IMG/VR virus record: IMGVR_UViG_3300042923_000474
Coordinates: 167,725 to 231,724 of that record
DNA length: 64,000 bases
Reading direction: 5' to 3' (one strand)
How positions within the stretch are numbered: position 1 is the stretch's first letter; every line of letters starts with the position of its first letter. Under the pieces are notes generated by a model. It was not told where the DNA came from. It saw only the letters and a list, made by a program, of their open reading frames with translations, and ran no database searches. Of this stretch, positions 37,176 to 48,297 are shown in pieces. A program made the translations under genes and the position numbers.

Positions 37176-37865
37176 GTGTCTAAGGCTAAGAAGTTCTTTG
37201 TCGAATCTGCCAAGCAAGCAGCGGCCGCAAAGAAAGCTGAAGAGAAACGCCTGGCAGCAGAAAAGAAGCGTCAGGAAGAAGAAGAGCAGCAGGCTCGCCG
37301 GGACTACCTATTGGAAAATCCCTACACCACGTTGGACACTCTTCTGATTATGGCGCTGATGGAAAAGTTCCACGGTCAAGTCGGCATGTCTGGTAAACCC
37401 CAGAAGTGGCTGAACAAACTGTGGGAGATCAAAGACTACGTGGCGCCTGCGGTAGTGCCTACGGTTGTACAACCCTTGCTCAAGGCTCCACTGCCTTTCA
37501 AGGAACTGGATGCCATGGTGGACAACTACCTGACGCTGGGTAGTGCCACTGAGGAGTTTGTGGCGCAGAAGTACCACGGCATGCTGATCTACGAGAAAGA
37601 GATCTACCCGATCAAACTACTGGTAGAAAAGGATGTAGGTTACAAATGGGTCACGGCTAACGAGGTACAGATCATGCGCATGGCAGCTCACGTTGCCTGT
37701 GAGATGTTTGATCTGGAGACGATCCAGTGCCACGTTATGTTCTTTGCGGCGTTCAACATGTCGGGTCGCATGGGCTCTGTGGCTCATCGTCGCATCGACA
37801 TCAAGGAGGCCTTCCCAGATCAGGATGAGGCCAATGTTGTTAACCTAGTAAAAGTGGTGGCCTAA
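37176..37865 (+). CDS. Hypothetical protein with charged N-terminal coil
   Basis: GTG start; AAAAKKAEEKRLAAEKKRQEEEEQQ. Confidence 0.8.
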   Translation: MSKAKKFFVESAKQAAAAKKAEEKRLAAEKKRQEEEEQQARRDYLLENPYTTLDTLLIMALMEKFHGQVGMSGKPQKWLNKLWEIKDYVAPAVVPTVVQPLLKAPLPFKELDAMVDNYLTLGSATEEFVAQKYHGMLIYEKEIYPIKLLVEKDVGYKWVTANEVQIMRMAAHVACEMFDLETIQCHVMFFAAFNMSGRMGSVAHRRIDIKEAFPDQDEANVVNLVKVVA

Positions 37866-38305
37866 TGGCTAAGATCATCTGTGCATTTCCGGGTACCTCC
37901 AGCGGCGCGCTGTACATTCTCTTGCGCTACCGTGAGAAAGATCAGGCGATCGTTTACGATTACTCTGGTACGGTTGGCAATCTGGAACGCATGGTCAAGA
38001 ACACTGACGTCTTGATTCTCAAGGCGGACATTGTTGTGATCGAAAAGCTGAACTCCCTAGGGGTAGAGTTTGACTTGGTATACCCCGACCCTGTTATCTC
38101 TCCTTCTCGCTTTACCAACATCCTTGCGATGGAAGGCATGCGTCTGAAGGAAATCCACGACCTCGTTCATTCGTGGCGTGATCAACTGAGTGTGCTTCAA
38201 CGCTTCACTCAATCCAACGTAACTCACATCGTTCTCGCCGAAGGTCAATCCATCGTCGACACCCATGGAGTAGTAGAAGATGGGCAAGGTAGTAGAAATT
38301 CGTAA
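37865..38305 (+). CDS. P-loop kinase-like protein with degenerate Walker A
   Basis: KIICAFPGTSSG, LGVEFDLVYP, HIVLAEGQSIVD. Confidence 0.6.
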   Translation: MAKIICAFPGTSSGALYILLRYREKDQAIVYDYSGTVGNLERMVKNTDVLILKADIVVIEKLNSLGVEFDLVYPDPVISPSRFTNILAMEGMRLKEIHDLVHSWRDQLSVLQRFTQSNVTHIVLAEGQSIVDTHGVVEDGQGSRNS

Positions 38306-38945
38306 GGGCGTTTTGGAAATCCAGAACCGTCATGCCCCAGGCAAACTGCGCGGCTTTTACCGTGCGCTTTGCAAAAGTCATCAGGCTGCTAGCCTAGGTG
38401 GTTGGTCGTCGGCAAACATGTTGACGGCATCCATCGTAAAACAGATGCTCGACCATGGCAATAAGCTGTGGTGGGATTTGGTTGACCTAGAGTTTGGGTC
38501 ACTCGCTTCCCCGGATAGCTCCAGGGATGAAATCGGTATCCGTACCTTGGCTGGCGAAACCTTTAACGGTGTTCCCAGTCAGCCGTTCATGATCATCATG
38601 GCAGTTACCCACCAGAACGGTGTTCGCCAAGAGATCCATGAGTGCTTTCAACAGATCACACCGGCTGAGGTGAATGCTCGGATTGCAGAGATGTTGTCCG
38701 ATCGTGACTTCCCAACCGGTGGGCTTGATCCAATGATGCTACGTTTGGGTGATGCGATCGAGGCTGCAAAGCTGCGTGTCGAGTCGGTCCTCGATAAGCA
38801 CAGTCACATCAAGCTGAACCTGCAAGACCCGAATGAGGAAGGTTTGTTTACCGCCTATTCGGTCCACATCTACCCCGATACCCTGCTCAAGGATATCGAT
38901 CTTATCAAAGCGTCTCTAGCCACGAAGGAAGGAACGAAGCAATGA
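38280..38945 (+). CDS. Hypothetical protein
   Basis: 221 aa, overlapping neighbours. Confidence 0.8.
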   Translation: MGKVVEIRKGVLEIQNRHAPGKLRGFYRALCKSHQAASLGGWSSANMLTASIVKQMLDHGNKLWWDLVDLEFGSLASPDSSRDEIGIRTLAGETFNGVPSQPFMIIMAVTHQNGVRQEIHECFQQITPAEVNARIAEMLSDRDFPTGGLDPMMLRLGDAIEAAKLRVESVLDKHSHIKLNLQDPNEEGLFTAYSVHIYPDTLLKDIDLIKASLATKEGTKQ

Positions 38946-39217
38946 GCGTCACTGTTAATGTACTGCAGGCTGAAATCCGTGAAGTGGAAGGCGTTGATGT
39001 CATCGTTCAGACAGCCAAGCCTGGTGATGTGTTCCCTTCCTACAAAGCCAAGTGGCCAACGGCACTCGCCGATGACCGTACCGTGAAGGCGTTCAAGCGT
39101 CGGCTGGAACATAGCTTGGTTGGCTTCAGCTACAGCATTGTCAAACGCGATGGCACCAACAGCGTCTTCCCTCAGGTGAAGATGGGTGCATTGCGCGCAG
39201 GCGGAAACAAGGCATAA
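38942..39217 (+). CDS. Small protein, paralogue of 48000-48296
   Basis: TV..L.AEI..VEGV.V...Y...AL...TV...R...Y.IV..DG. Confidence 0.8.
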   Translation: MSVTVNVLQAEIREVEGVDVIVQTAKPGDVFPSYKAKWPTALADDRTVKAFKRRLEHSLVGFSYSIVKRDGTNSVFPQVKMGALRAGGNKA

Positions 39218-39251
39218 GACGAGCCCCCACCTTCGGGTGGGGGTTTTATGC
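39211..39251 (+). terminator. Hairpin terminator
   Basis: GGCATAA..CCCCCACC-TTCG-GGTGGGGG-TTTTATGC. Confidence 0.8.
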
Positions 39252-39283
39252 TGCTACTTTCTTTTTTGTTTCAACCATTATTC

Positions 39284-39306
39284 AAACCTAAACTATCGAC
39301 TTGAAT
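39284..39306 (+). promoter_or_regulatory. Putative phage early promoter
   Basis: AAACCTAAACTATCGACTTGAAT. Confidence 0.7.
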
Positions 39307-39330
39307 GTATCCCACTCAAAAGGATTTACA

Positions 39331-39615
39331 ATGAACAAGTTGCTGCAGGCCATGTTGATCTCTGTGATGTTCTCTCAGAGTGCTTTGGCTCTATCGAACT
39401 CTACGCCCCCTGTCAAAACCAACTTGGATGTCATCCGTGAGTTGGCCAAGCGGACGGGGATGTCAGTGGCTGAGTGCGTCTCAGGGCTGTGTCGCGATAC
39501 AGAAGATGGCTACTATGTGACCATCGATAATTCAGATCGTGACGGGTTCTATATCTACGATCCTCTGATCACTATGCCATCGGGTGAAGACGATACAACT
39601 TCGCCTCAGAACTAA
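39331..39615 (+). CDS. Small exported protein
   Basis: Start ATG 39331; MNKLLQAMLISVMFSQSALA signal peptide; directly after promoter motif. Confidence 0.75.
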   Translation: MNKLLQAMLISVMFSQSALALSNSTPPVKTNLDVIRELAKRTGMSVAECVSGLCRDTEDGYYVTIDNSDRDGFYIYDPLITMPSGEDDTTSPQN

Positions 39616-39629
39616 ATCATCAAGGTGAT
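39610..39629 (+). promoter_or_regulatory. Putative phage early promoter
   Basis: AACTAAATCATCAAGGTGAT. Confidence 0.55.
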
Positions 39630-39647
39630 AGCCTTTGATGCTTAAGG

Positions 39648-40691
39648 ATGCTTATGAACGCCAATAAACTGTTCCGAACTGCTGGCAATCGCTCGCGCTT
39701 CTTACGCCGCGAAGAATCAGCTGCCTTTATCGAACCTTGCCTGGACCAGTTGGCTCGGATGGACACCTTCCGCTTCTTGGGGGTTTCTAACCACGAAGAC
39801 ATCATGGAATGCGTCGGTGAGATGCGCGCAGGCTTTGACACGTTGCTGCATCATTACATCCATCATGGGCGTAGCTACCTGCCATGCATCCCCACCACGA
39901 TTGCCCCACCGATCTCGTGGTTCTTTGTGGCACTGTACATTGCCAGCACCCGTGGACATCTGTGGTTCAAACAGTTCGGCCCATTCCTGCGTGGGTTTGC
40001 ACTGAACACTCAGGCGGTGGTGCGGGTGTCCAACCGGATACTGGACTTTGTTCATGATCCGAAGATGTGGGAAAACGGTGAGGAGGTCATGAAAGAAATC
40101 TGCCGTGACATGAACCTCAAGTACAACCCCATCCACATGTTCCCGGATGCAGACGATGTGCTGGCGATTGCCAACCTCGTAGGTTTCCGTCGTGCAGAAG
40201 TGGTTGAAACTCGCGGCTTCAAAGTGATGCAGCAGGAGGAAGACTTCGAAGAGGTCACGATGGGCATGATTCCTCCCAACATCTTCCAACTGTTGTCGCC
40301 AGAAGAATCGGAACAGCTCAAGCGAGCCTACCTGTTCAACGCTGACTCTTTCGAAGCACTGCGGCCGTACTACATCACTGTGCAAGTAAAAGAAGGGGTG
40401 ACAGCTGATGTCATTCGTCTGGCACTTACGCTGGCAGGTTGCCTCAGCGAGAAAGACCACAGCATCGACACCATGGTTGACATCGATGAGTTGATTGCCT
40501 GGTGCCGTAAGGGGCGGTTGGACCCTATCCCGTTGTTGCGCAGCGAAGCCTTGTCCAAACGAATGAGAGATCGTTTTGGGTTCGGGCTGATCATGGAGAA
40601 CAACAACGAGAAGCAAACATCAATTCTCAACATGGTGAGCGTGTTTGCGCTGAGCCTGTATGAGGCCGATCCAAGTTTGACGTTGAACTGA
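39648..40691 (+). CDS. Hypothetical protein
   Basis: 347 aa after promoter motif 39610. Confidence 0.8.
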   Translation: MLMNANKLFRTAGNRSRFLRREESAAFIEPCLDQLARMDTFRFLGVSNHEDIMECVGEMRAGFDTLLHHYIHHGRSYLPCIPTTIAPPISWFFVALYIASTRGHLWFKQFGPFLRGFALNTQAVVRVSNRILDFVHDPKMWENGEEVMKEICRDMNLKYNPIHMFPDADDVLAIANLVGFRRAEVVETRGFKVMQQEEDFEEVTMGMIPPNIFQLLSPEESEQLKRAYLFNADSFEALRPYYITVQVKEGVTADVIRLALTLAGCLSEKDHSIDTMVDIDELIAWCRKGRLDPIPLLRSEALSKRMRDRFGFGLIMENNNEKQTSILNMVSVFALSLYEADPSLTLN

Positions 40692-40786
40692 CCTGAAGAC
40701 TTATGCTGTGATTGATGCCAACTCAATCCAGTCTAACTTCAACATAGGAGCGATCGAAGGGTTTACGCCTAACGGTCTGTGATATC

Positions 40787-41296
40787 ATGCCAAAACAATC
40801 CAAAATCTTCTACACATCCTGCATGGGGCAGGGGAGTGGAGAGTTCACCTTAGTTCAGGACTACACTGGACGAGGTGTTTACATCGGCAAGCGTAAGCCA
40901 GCTGACGAAAAAGAGCTGGCTCTCTACCATGAGCAATTGCGAGCCGACCACATGATCGAGCCACCTACCCAGTGTTGGGTCTGGATCATGCGCCCCATTG
41001 CGACGGGGGACCTTATCAATGAGGGTTCCACTATCGCACGAACAATGTACGACGCCATCGGTAGTCACATGGATGCCGACTGGAACAAGCGTAAGGCCAT
41101 TCCCTGCGAACAGCTGTGTTATGTAGGGAGCGACTTTGCGGGGAGATTAGATAAGGTGCGTCCGTTACTGAACGCATTTGATCGGGCAATCATTCGTGAG
41201 CAGTTAGCCAAACAACTGCTTTCCAATCTACCAGTTCATAGCCGGGGCATGTTCGACCGCTATCAACTGCAAAATCTCAGAGACCTAAGGGGGTAA
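40787..41296 (+). CDS. Hypothetical protein
   Basis: 169 aa ORF. Confidence 0.75.
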   Translation: MPKQSKIFYTSCMGQGSGEFTLVQDYTGRGVYIGKRKPADEKELALYHEQLRADHMIEPPTQCWVWIMRPIATGDLINEGSTIARTMYDAIGSHMDADWNKRKAIPCEQLCYVGSDFAGRLDKVRPLLNAFDRAIIREQLAKQLLSNLPVHSRGMFDRYQLQNLRDLRG

Positions 41297-41298
41297 CT

Positions 41299-42372
41299 GT
41301 GAAGCAAGCAGAATATCTGAATCTCATGCTGGGCGTTAAGTACCAGTTGGAGTCGGACGACATCAACCTGATCATTGCGATCGCGGCTATCTTGCGTGAT
41401 CGCAACATCAAGGTGTCGTTTGCATCGGCCCCGCTGTTCGATGAACTGAACGGCGATGAGTTCCGCAGTGAGCGTGCGCTGATCTACAAGATGGTCACTC
41501 AGGGTTTCCACTTCTGGGAAGTTACTCAGATGCTGGGCGGCATGGGTTCTGCATGGCATGCGATCCAGTACCTGCGCGAAGTCATGAATAGTAATGGCGG
41601 TACACCGTCGCTGCGTAAAGTGGCCATGGTCTTCGTCAGCGAGTGGCCGGTGCCAATGCCACCACCTGTGTCGGAATCCGACATGGCGCAGCCTGAGCGT
41701 CAGATCACGCCGGTTGAAGGCTACAAGGGCTGGTTGGTTACCGGCAAGATGGAACTCGAAGATGCAGACCACACCAAGCGCACCTTCGATCTGAACACCC
41801 AACCTGAAGGCGAAGAGGCGGCTCAAGAGCCAGCGGTTGTTCAGATTGCGCGCATGTTGCGTGTGACCTGGAATGCCGACAAAGGTGTCGTTGAACCTGA
41901 GCGTCTCGAAAAGATTGCCATGTTGTTGGGTCACATGCTGCTGTCTGAGCGTGAACACTTCATGGGCAAGCTGAAAGAAGCACAATCGGCAGCCAAACCT
42001 GAAGCACCTCTGATCTGGCCGAAGAACAAAGACCACTGGATCTTTGACCCTCGCCTGTCTGCGCTGAATGCTCCGATGCCACTCAACAACGACTTCCCTG
42101 CGCGTCAGCGTCTGACAGAAGTTGCTCGTGAAGCCGCTCGCTTTGCAGTATCGCGTGCCAGCGGTATGGGCACCAGCCGTGTGTTCAACATCGAAGGCTT
42201 TGTTGAGAACGTTGCCATCGGCCTGTTCGGTGACGGTACCAACGAGCACAACTTCGATTTCCGCACGCTGGTGTTTGACAAAGAAGTTGCAGCCGAAGCG
42301 CCGAAACCTGCTGAACCTGCTCCAGCACCTGCACCGGTTGAAACCGAAGCTCCAGCTGAAGTGGGAAAGTAG
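41299..42372 (+). CDS. Hypothetical protein, short (357 aa) form of candidate frameshifted gene
   Basis: Ends GTG GGA AAG TAG. Confidence 0.85.
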   Translation: MKQAEYLNLMLGVKYQLESDDINLIIAIAAILRDRNIKVSFASAPLFDELNGDEFRSERALIYKMVTQGFHFWEVTQMLGGMGSAWHAIQYLREVMNSNGGTPSLRKVAMVFVSEWPVPMPPPVSESDMAQPERQITPVEGYKGWLVTGKMELEDADHTKRTFDLNTQPEGEEAAQEPAVVQIARMLRVTWNADKGVVEPERLEKIAMLLGHMLLSEREHFMGKLKEAQSAAKPEAPLIWPKNKDHWIFDPRLSALNAPMPLNNDFPARQRLTEVAREAARFAVSRASGMGTSRVFNIEGFVENVAIGLFGDGTNEHNFDFRTLVFDKEVAAEAPKPAEPAPAPAPVETEAPAEVGK

Positions 42373-42420
42373 AAGCCGGCGTTGCGCCACAGCTTGCTTC
42401 CAAGTTAGCAGCGGCCGGCT
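42363..42420 (+). other. Candidate programmed -1 frameshift signal (G GGA AAG + stem-loop)
   Basis: Heptamer 42363-42369 in X XXY YYZ phase; AGCCGGC 42374-80 pairs with GCCGGCT 42414-20, with inner stems. Confidence 0.7.
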
Positions 42421-42611
42421 CGTTTCCTGTAGCACCGCAAGCCCCGGCAGAAGAAACTGTTCTGCCAGTCAGTGAACGTGGGGCACCTGCCAGCACGCCA
42501 TTGATCGAAAGACTGCAATCCCAAAAGACTGCAGCCAAACCCGTAGCAAAGAAACCTGCTGCAAAACCACGTCAGCCACGTAAACCGGCAGACAAAAAAC
42601 CTACCAAGTAA
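42363..42611 (+). CDS. -1 frame extension (80 aa Ala/Pro/Lys-rich tail) of 41299 gene
   Basis: Open from GGG AAA 42363 to TAA 42609-42611; no ATG/GTG; in-frame TGA at 42357; hairpin follows at 42619. Confidence 0.75.
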   Translation, partial: GKVEAGVAPQLASKLAAAGSFPVAPQAPAEETVLPVSERGAPASTPLIERLQSQKTAAKPVAKKPAAKPRQPRKPADKKPTK

Positions 42612-42618
42612 CACATCT

Positions 42619-42651
42619 GGCCTGCTCCCTGCCGGGAGTGGGCCTTATGCC
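42619..42651 (+). terminator. Hairpin terminator after frameshift extension
   Basis: GGCCTGCTCCC/GGGAGTGGGCC-TTATGCC. Confidence 0.75.
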
Positions 42652-42666
42652 ATCGGAGAGAAACAC

Positions 42667-43947
42667 ATGAACTCTACACTCAACAAAATTGCAGCGGGCG
42701 TTTACATCACTCAGCTGTTGTATCGTTGCCAGATTTCCAACATGGCACACCTGCTACCCGCCGGTGAAGAAACTGAATTCCGCAATGAGGTCTTCCACGG
42801 CGAGGTTGGTGAGCTGTACGGACCAAAGGCTGCCCAGTGCTTCAATACGGTCAGAGCGATTGCTGTGGGTCATCTGGGGCTCTTACAGGCTATCCGTCTG
42901 CACGCTGACCTCTTTACGCCGGGGGTGTTGGCAGTGGCTACCCGTCACTTGCTTGAAGAACCCGACATTGACTGGAACGATGTGGGCTGCCTACTGACAG
43001 GTACGGCTGAGCAGTTCAAGTTGGACAGCATATTGGCTGAGCACTTAGAACGTCCGCTTTGTCAGATGTCTGGCGATGCTGTCCGTGATGCGTTGAAACA
43101 AGCGGTGGGTATGTTTGAAAATGCTCGCAGCTATGACGAAACCTTTGTCAAGACATCGGTGTTCCGCTATGCCGATCTATGGACTCGGATGTTCCACAAT
43201 CCGCGGGAGTTGATGCGGGCGCTGGACGAGGTGGGCGTCAAGCAGGGTCCTGATGATTCCGAAGACGTCAATGCAATGGCCAACATCATGGGCGGTGAAC
43301 CCGATGGCGTTTTCGAGGCCTTCTGTATTCGTCACAGCCTGGGGTTGGAAACTGCCAAGGTCTGGGAAGAGCAAATGGTCACCTGGGGTTACCGCGAATA
43401 CGCAGGGGCTACTCGCGGCATGATGGCTGATGGCCGTGCCGAGTTCAAGACATTCATGGCCAGCGCAGTGGCGGCAGGCTACCCTGTCTACATTCAGGAT
43501 AAGCACCTGTCCGACTTCGAGGATCTGTTGCTGCGCATTCCTGGCTGCACCACGGATGAAGAACGCGACATGGTTGAGAACTTCATCTACTGCATCGCAC
43601 CGATCCTGTTCTTTGAACTGAGTGAGCACGGTCAGTACCGCAATGCGCGGTGGCGTGGTATCAGCGTGTCTTCAGATTACGACACAATGATCCGGGAGCT
43701 TGAGAACTACGAAGGTTCTGGCTGGTTGCCTCTGGTTCGTTTGCTGACTATGCGGTTCGCCAATCGTCGCTTTGACCGTCAAACTATCTTCAGCACCTAT
43801 GAAGAAGAGGTCAAGGAACAGATTGAACGCGCCACCCTAAATGCCAACGTGTCCCAAGCAACCCGTCGCCACACCTACTTGGTTCAGGAACTTCTGCGCG
43901 TCATTGAAGATGACATGTACGACATGAAACTCTTCGGTCACAACTAA
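42667..43947 (+). CDS. Hypothetical protein (426 aa)
   Basis: GGAG RBS; long ORF. Confidence 0.85.
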   Translation: MNSTLNKIAAGVYITQLLYRCQISNMAHLLPAGEETEFRNEVFHGEVGELYGPKAAQCFNTVRAIAVGHLGLLQAIRLHADLFTPGVLAVATRHLLEEPDIDWNDVGCLLTGTAEQFKLDSILAEHLERPLCQMSGDAVRDALKQAVGMFENARSYDETFVKTSVFRYADLWTRMFHNPRELMRALDEVGVKQGPDDSEDVNAMANIMGGEPDGVFEAFCIRHSLGLETAKVWEEQMVTWGYREYAGATRGMMADGRAEFKTFMASAVAAGYPVYIQDKHLSDFEDLLLRIPGCTTDEERDMVENFIYCIAPILFFELSEHGQYRNARWRGISVSSDYDTMIRELENYEGSGWLPLVRLLTMRFANRRFDRQTIFSTYEEEVKEQIERATLNANVSQATRRHTYLVQELLRVIEDDMYDMKLFGHN

Positions 43948-43948
43948 T

Positions 43949-44005
43949 GGCATAGTCTCCCCAGCCGTGAGGCTGGGGAGACTGCCTTACTCACTGTTTT
44001 TTTTT

Positions 44006-44007
<2 letters not shown>
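43949..44007. terminator. Bidirectional terminator between convergent genes
   Basis: GTCTCCCCAGCC-GTGA-GGCTGGGGAGAC, T11 run downstream. Confidence 0.8.
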
Positions 44008-46595
<2,588 letters not shown>

Positions 46596-46648
46596 GGTTT
46601 CTTTCTCTTTGGGTTGGGTCTCACGACGACCGTGCTGGTAAGGATGCA

Positions 46649-46888
46649 TTAGTGCTTCTCCAGTTTGGCTTTAACAAGGTTCACATGCTCAGAGCACACC
46701 ATCAATTCATGGACACCTCCCATGTACCGATATTCCAGACAGACCACGGACGGGTAGTTCGTGGGATAGCCTGAACAGCTCTCAGCTTTCTCATCGCCCA
46801 GGTAATGCTTACACGCTTGCCGGAACCCGGCTTGAGTGCGGACCATGTACACTGGACCAAGGATGTGTTCGAAGTTTGGAAGACTCAT
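46649..46888 (-). CDS. Hypothetical protein
   Basis: Start ATG 46888 with GGAG RBS. Confidence 0.7.
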   Translation of the reverse strand: MSLPNFEHILGPVYMVRTQAGFRQACKHYLGDEKAESCSGYPTNYPSVVCLEYRYMGGVHELMVCSEHVNLVKAKLEKH

Positions 46889-46955
46889 GCTGTTCTCCAA
46901 CGTGTTTAGAAAAGAAGCTAGACTATCTCCCACGTGCTTGTCGTTTTAAGTGTTA

Positions 46956-46985
46956 GCATAAAGGCCAACCTCTTCGGGCTGGCTC
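46956..46985 (-). terminator. Hairpin with TTTATGC tail on minus strand
   Basis: AGCCAGCC..GGTTGGCC-TTTATGC (minus strand). Confidence 0.55.
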
Positions 46986-47385
46986 TGGGTGTATTATTTC
47001 TGAACAGATGATTCTTACATTGTGAATACTACTACTACTACAAAAGGGCTCCGCCCCCCTGGGGCGCAATTCTCCGATGGCGGCCTCCTGCGGAGTCCTA
47101 CCCAGGACGAAGCGCTCTTTACCAGCCGTCTACGTTCCTTCCAGTCACTACTACGTCTAGTAACGCTGCTTCTTCAATACCCTTCTCACTAAGATATACC
47201 TGCCCCCTTGGGGAATGAATTAGATTGTTTTTCTTTTGTGCTTTTGTCTCTTTCCTTTCTTTCCCTAAGAGCCTCTCAAAGAGAGGCGGGAATTGGAAGT
47301 TAGCTTTAGCTTTAGCTTCGCTAAGAGCGAGAGCATGAGCGGGCGTGGGCGCGCGCGGCGGGGCGCCTCGATTGAACGCAAACTG

Positions 47386-47407
47386 AAAACTAGATCATCA
47401 TTGTGAG
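47386..47407 (+). promoter_or_regulatory. Putative phage early promoter
   Basis: AAAACTAGATCATCATTGTGAG. Confidence 0.65.
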
Positions 47408-47462
47408 GCGCCATTCTAAACCCTTGTTTAAGATGGCATATTAAAAATCCGGGAGAAACCCC

Positions 47463-47930
47463 ATGGGACGTGTGACAAAGATTCATGGCTTCAATGCACC
47501 CCGTTTAGGACGGATGGGTGACAACATCGTCGTACGGTGGCAGGAAGCCCTGTTAATCGTTTTTCCAGGTTCCCGTGCGTGGGATTACCTGGCCGACATC
47601 CCGCCAGACGACTGGGACGTAGATTACGCCCCTCAGTTGTTTACGCGGTTTACCCCGAACATCTCGTACCCTGAGTATTGGGTCAACGATTACATGCATT
47701 GCCTGTACTGGGATGCTGCAGTCGTTGTGGGATTGCATCCGGGGGTGGTTGTGGCTTTGCCTAACAGTGATGAGGTACAGCGCGCTTTGATCTTAGGCAA
47801 GGCAAGCGTGATGGAACTCTTCCCTGAACTGGAGAAGCTTAAACGACCGAACTGGATCTCCGAGGTCAATTGGCATATCGCCGAAGCCATGGAAGTTCCA
47901 GACGTTCACTGGACGCGACACACTTTCTAA
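47463..47930 (+). CDS. Hypothetical protein, putative early gene
   Basis: GGGAG RBS; after promoter motif 47386. Confidence 0.75.
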   Translation: MGRVTKIHGFNAPRLGRMGDNIVVRWQEALLIVFPGSRAWDYLADIPPDDWDVDYAPQLFTRFTPNISYPEYWVNDYMHCLYWDAAVVVGLHPGVVVALPNSDEVQRALILGKASVMELFPELEKLKRPNWISEVNWHIAEAMEVPDVHWTRHTF

Positions 47931-47999
47931 TCAGGATAGCTCATCGGGGAACCGGTGGGCTTATCCATTTATGCCCACGTGGGCCTTTTAAGGAAAATC

Positions 48000-48296
48000 A
48001 TGAAAGCTAGCAAAAAGATTACCGTTGCAGAACTGACCGCTGAAATCTGGGCCCGTGAAGGCGTTCGGGTTATCATCCATACCAAGGGCAACTATGTTTG
48101 CCTCAACTATCGCTATTCTCGTGCACTGGATCAGGCCCACACCATCGGCCACCTGCGTACTCGTATCCAGAAGCGACTGGACAAGTTCTTCGCCATCGTG
48201 CCTGAGTACACCATCGTACTCGGCGATGGCGCCATCAACCCGCGTTCGGACATGCGCATGAGTCGTGCTCGTAAGTCCTACTATCGGGTGGCCTAA
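48000..48296 (+). CDS. Small basic protein, paralogue of 38942-39217
   Basis: Start ATG 48000 (AAGGA); ITVAELTAEIWAREGVRV..Y.YSRAL..YTIVLGDG. Confidence 0.8.
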   Translation: MKASKKITVAELTAEIWAREGVRVIIHTKGNYVCLNYRYSRALDQAHTIGHLRTRIQKRLDKFFAIVPEYTIVLGDGAINPRSDMRMSRARKSYYRVA

Positions 48297-48297
48297 C

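Noticed and set aside
41299-42611. Calling the GGGAAAG frameshift gene a tail assembly chaperone (gpG/gpGT)
   Set aside because: No adjacent tail-tube or tape-measure gene, it is longer than typical chaperones, and the extension is low-complexity rather than a folded T domain.
47191-47202. AAGATATA similar to a group I intron S element
   Set aside because: Lacks GTCC and a matching P7 partner; not inside a gene.
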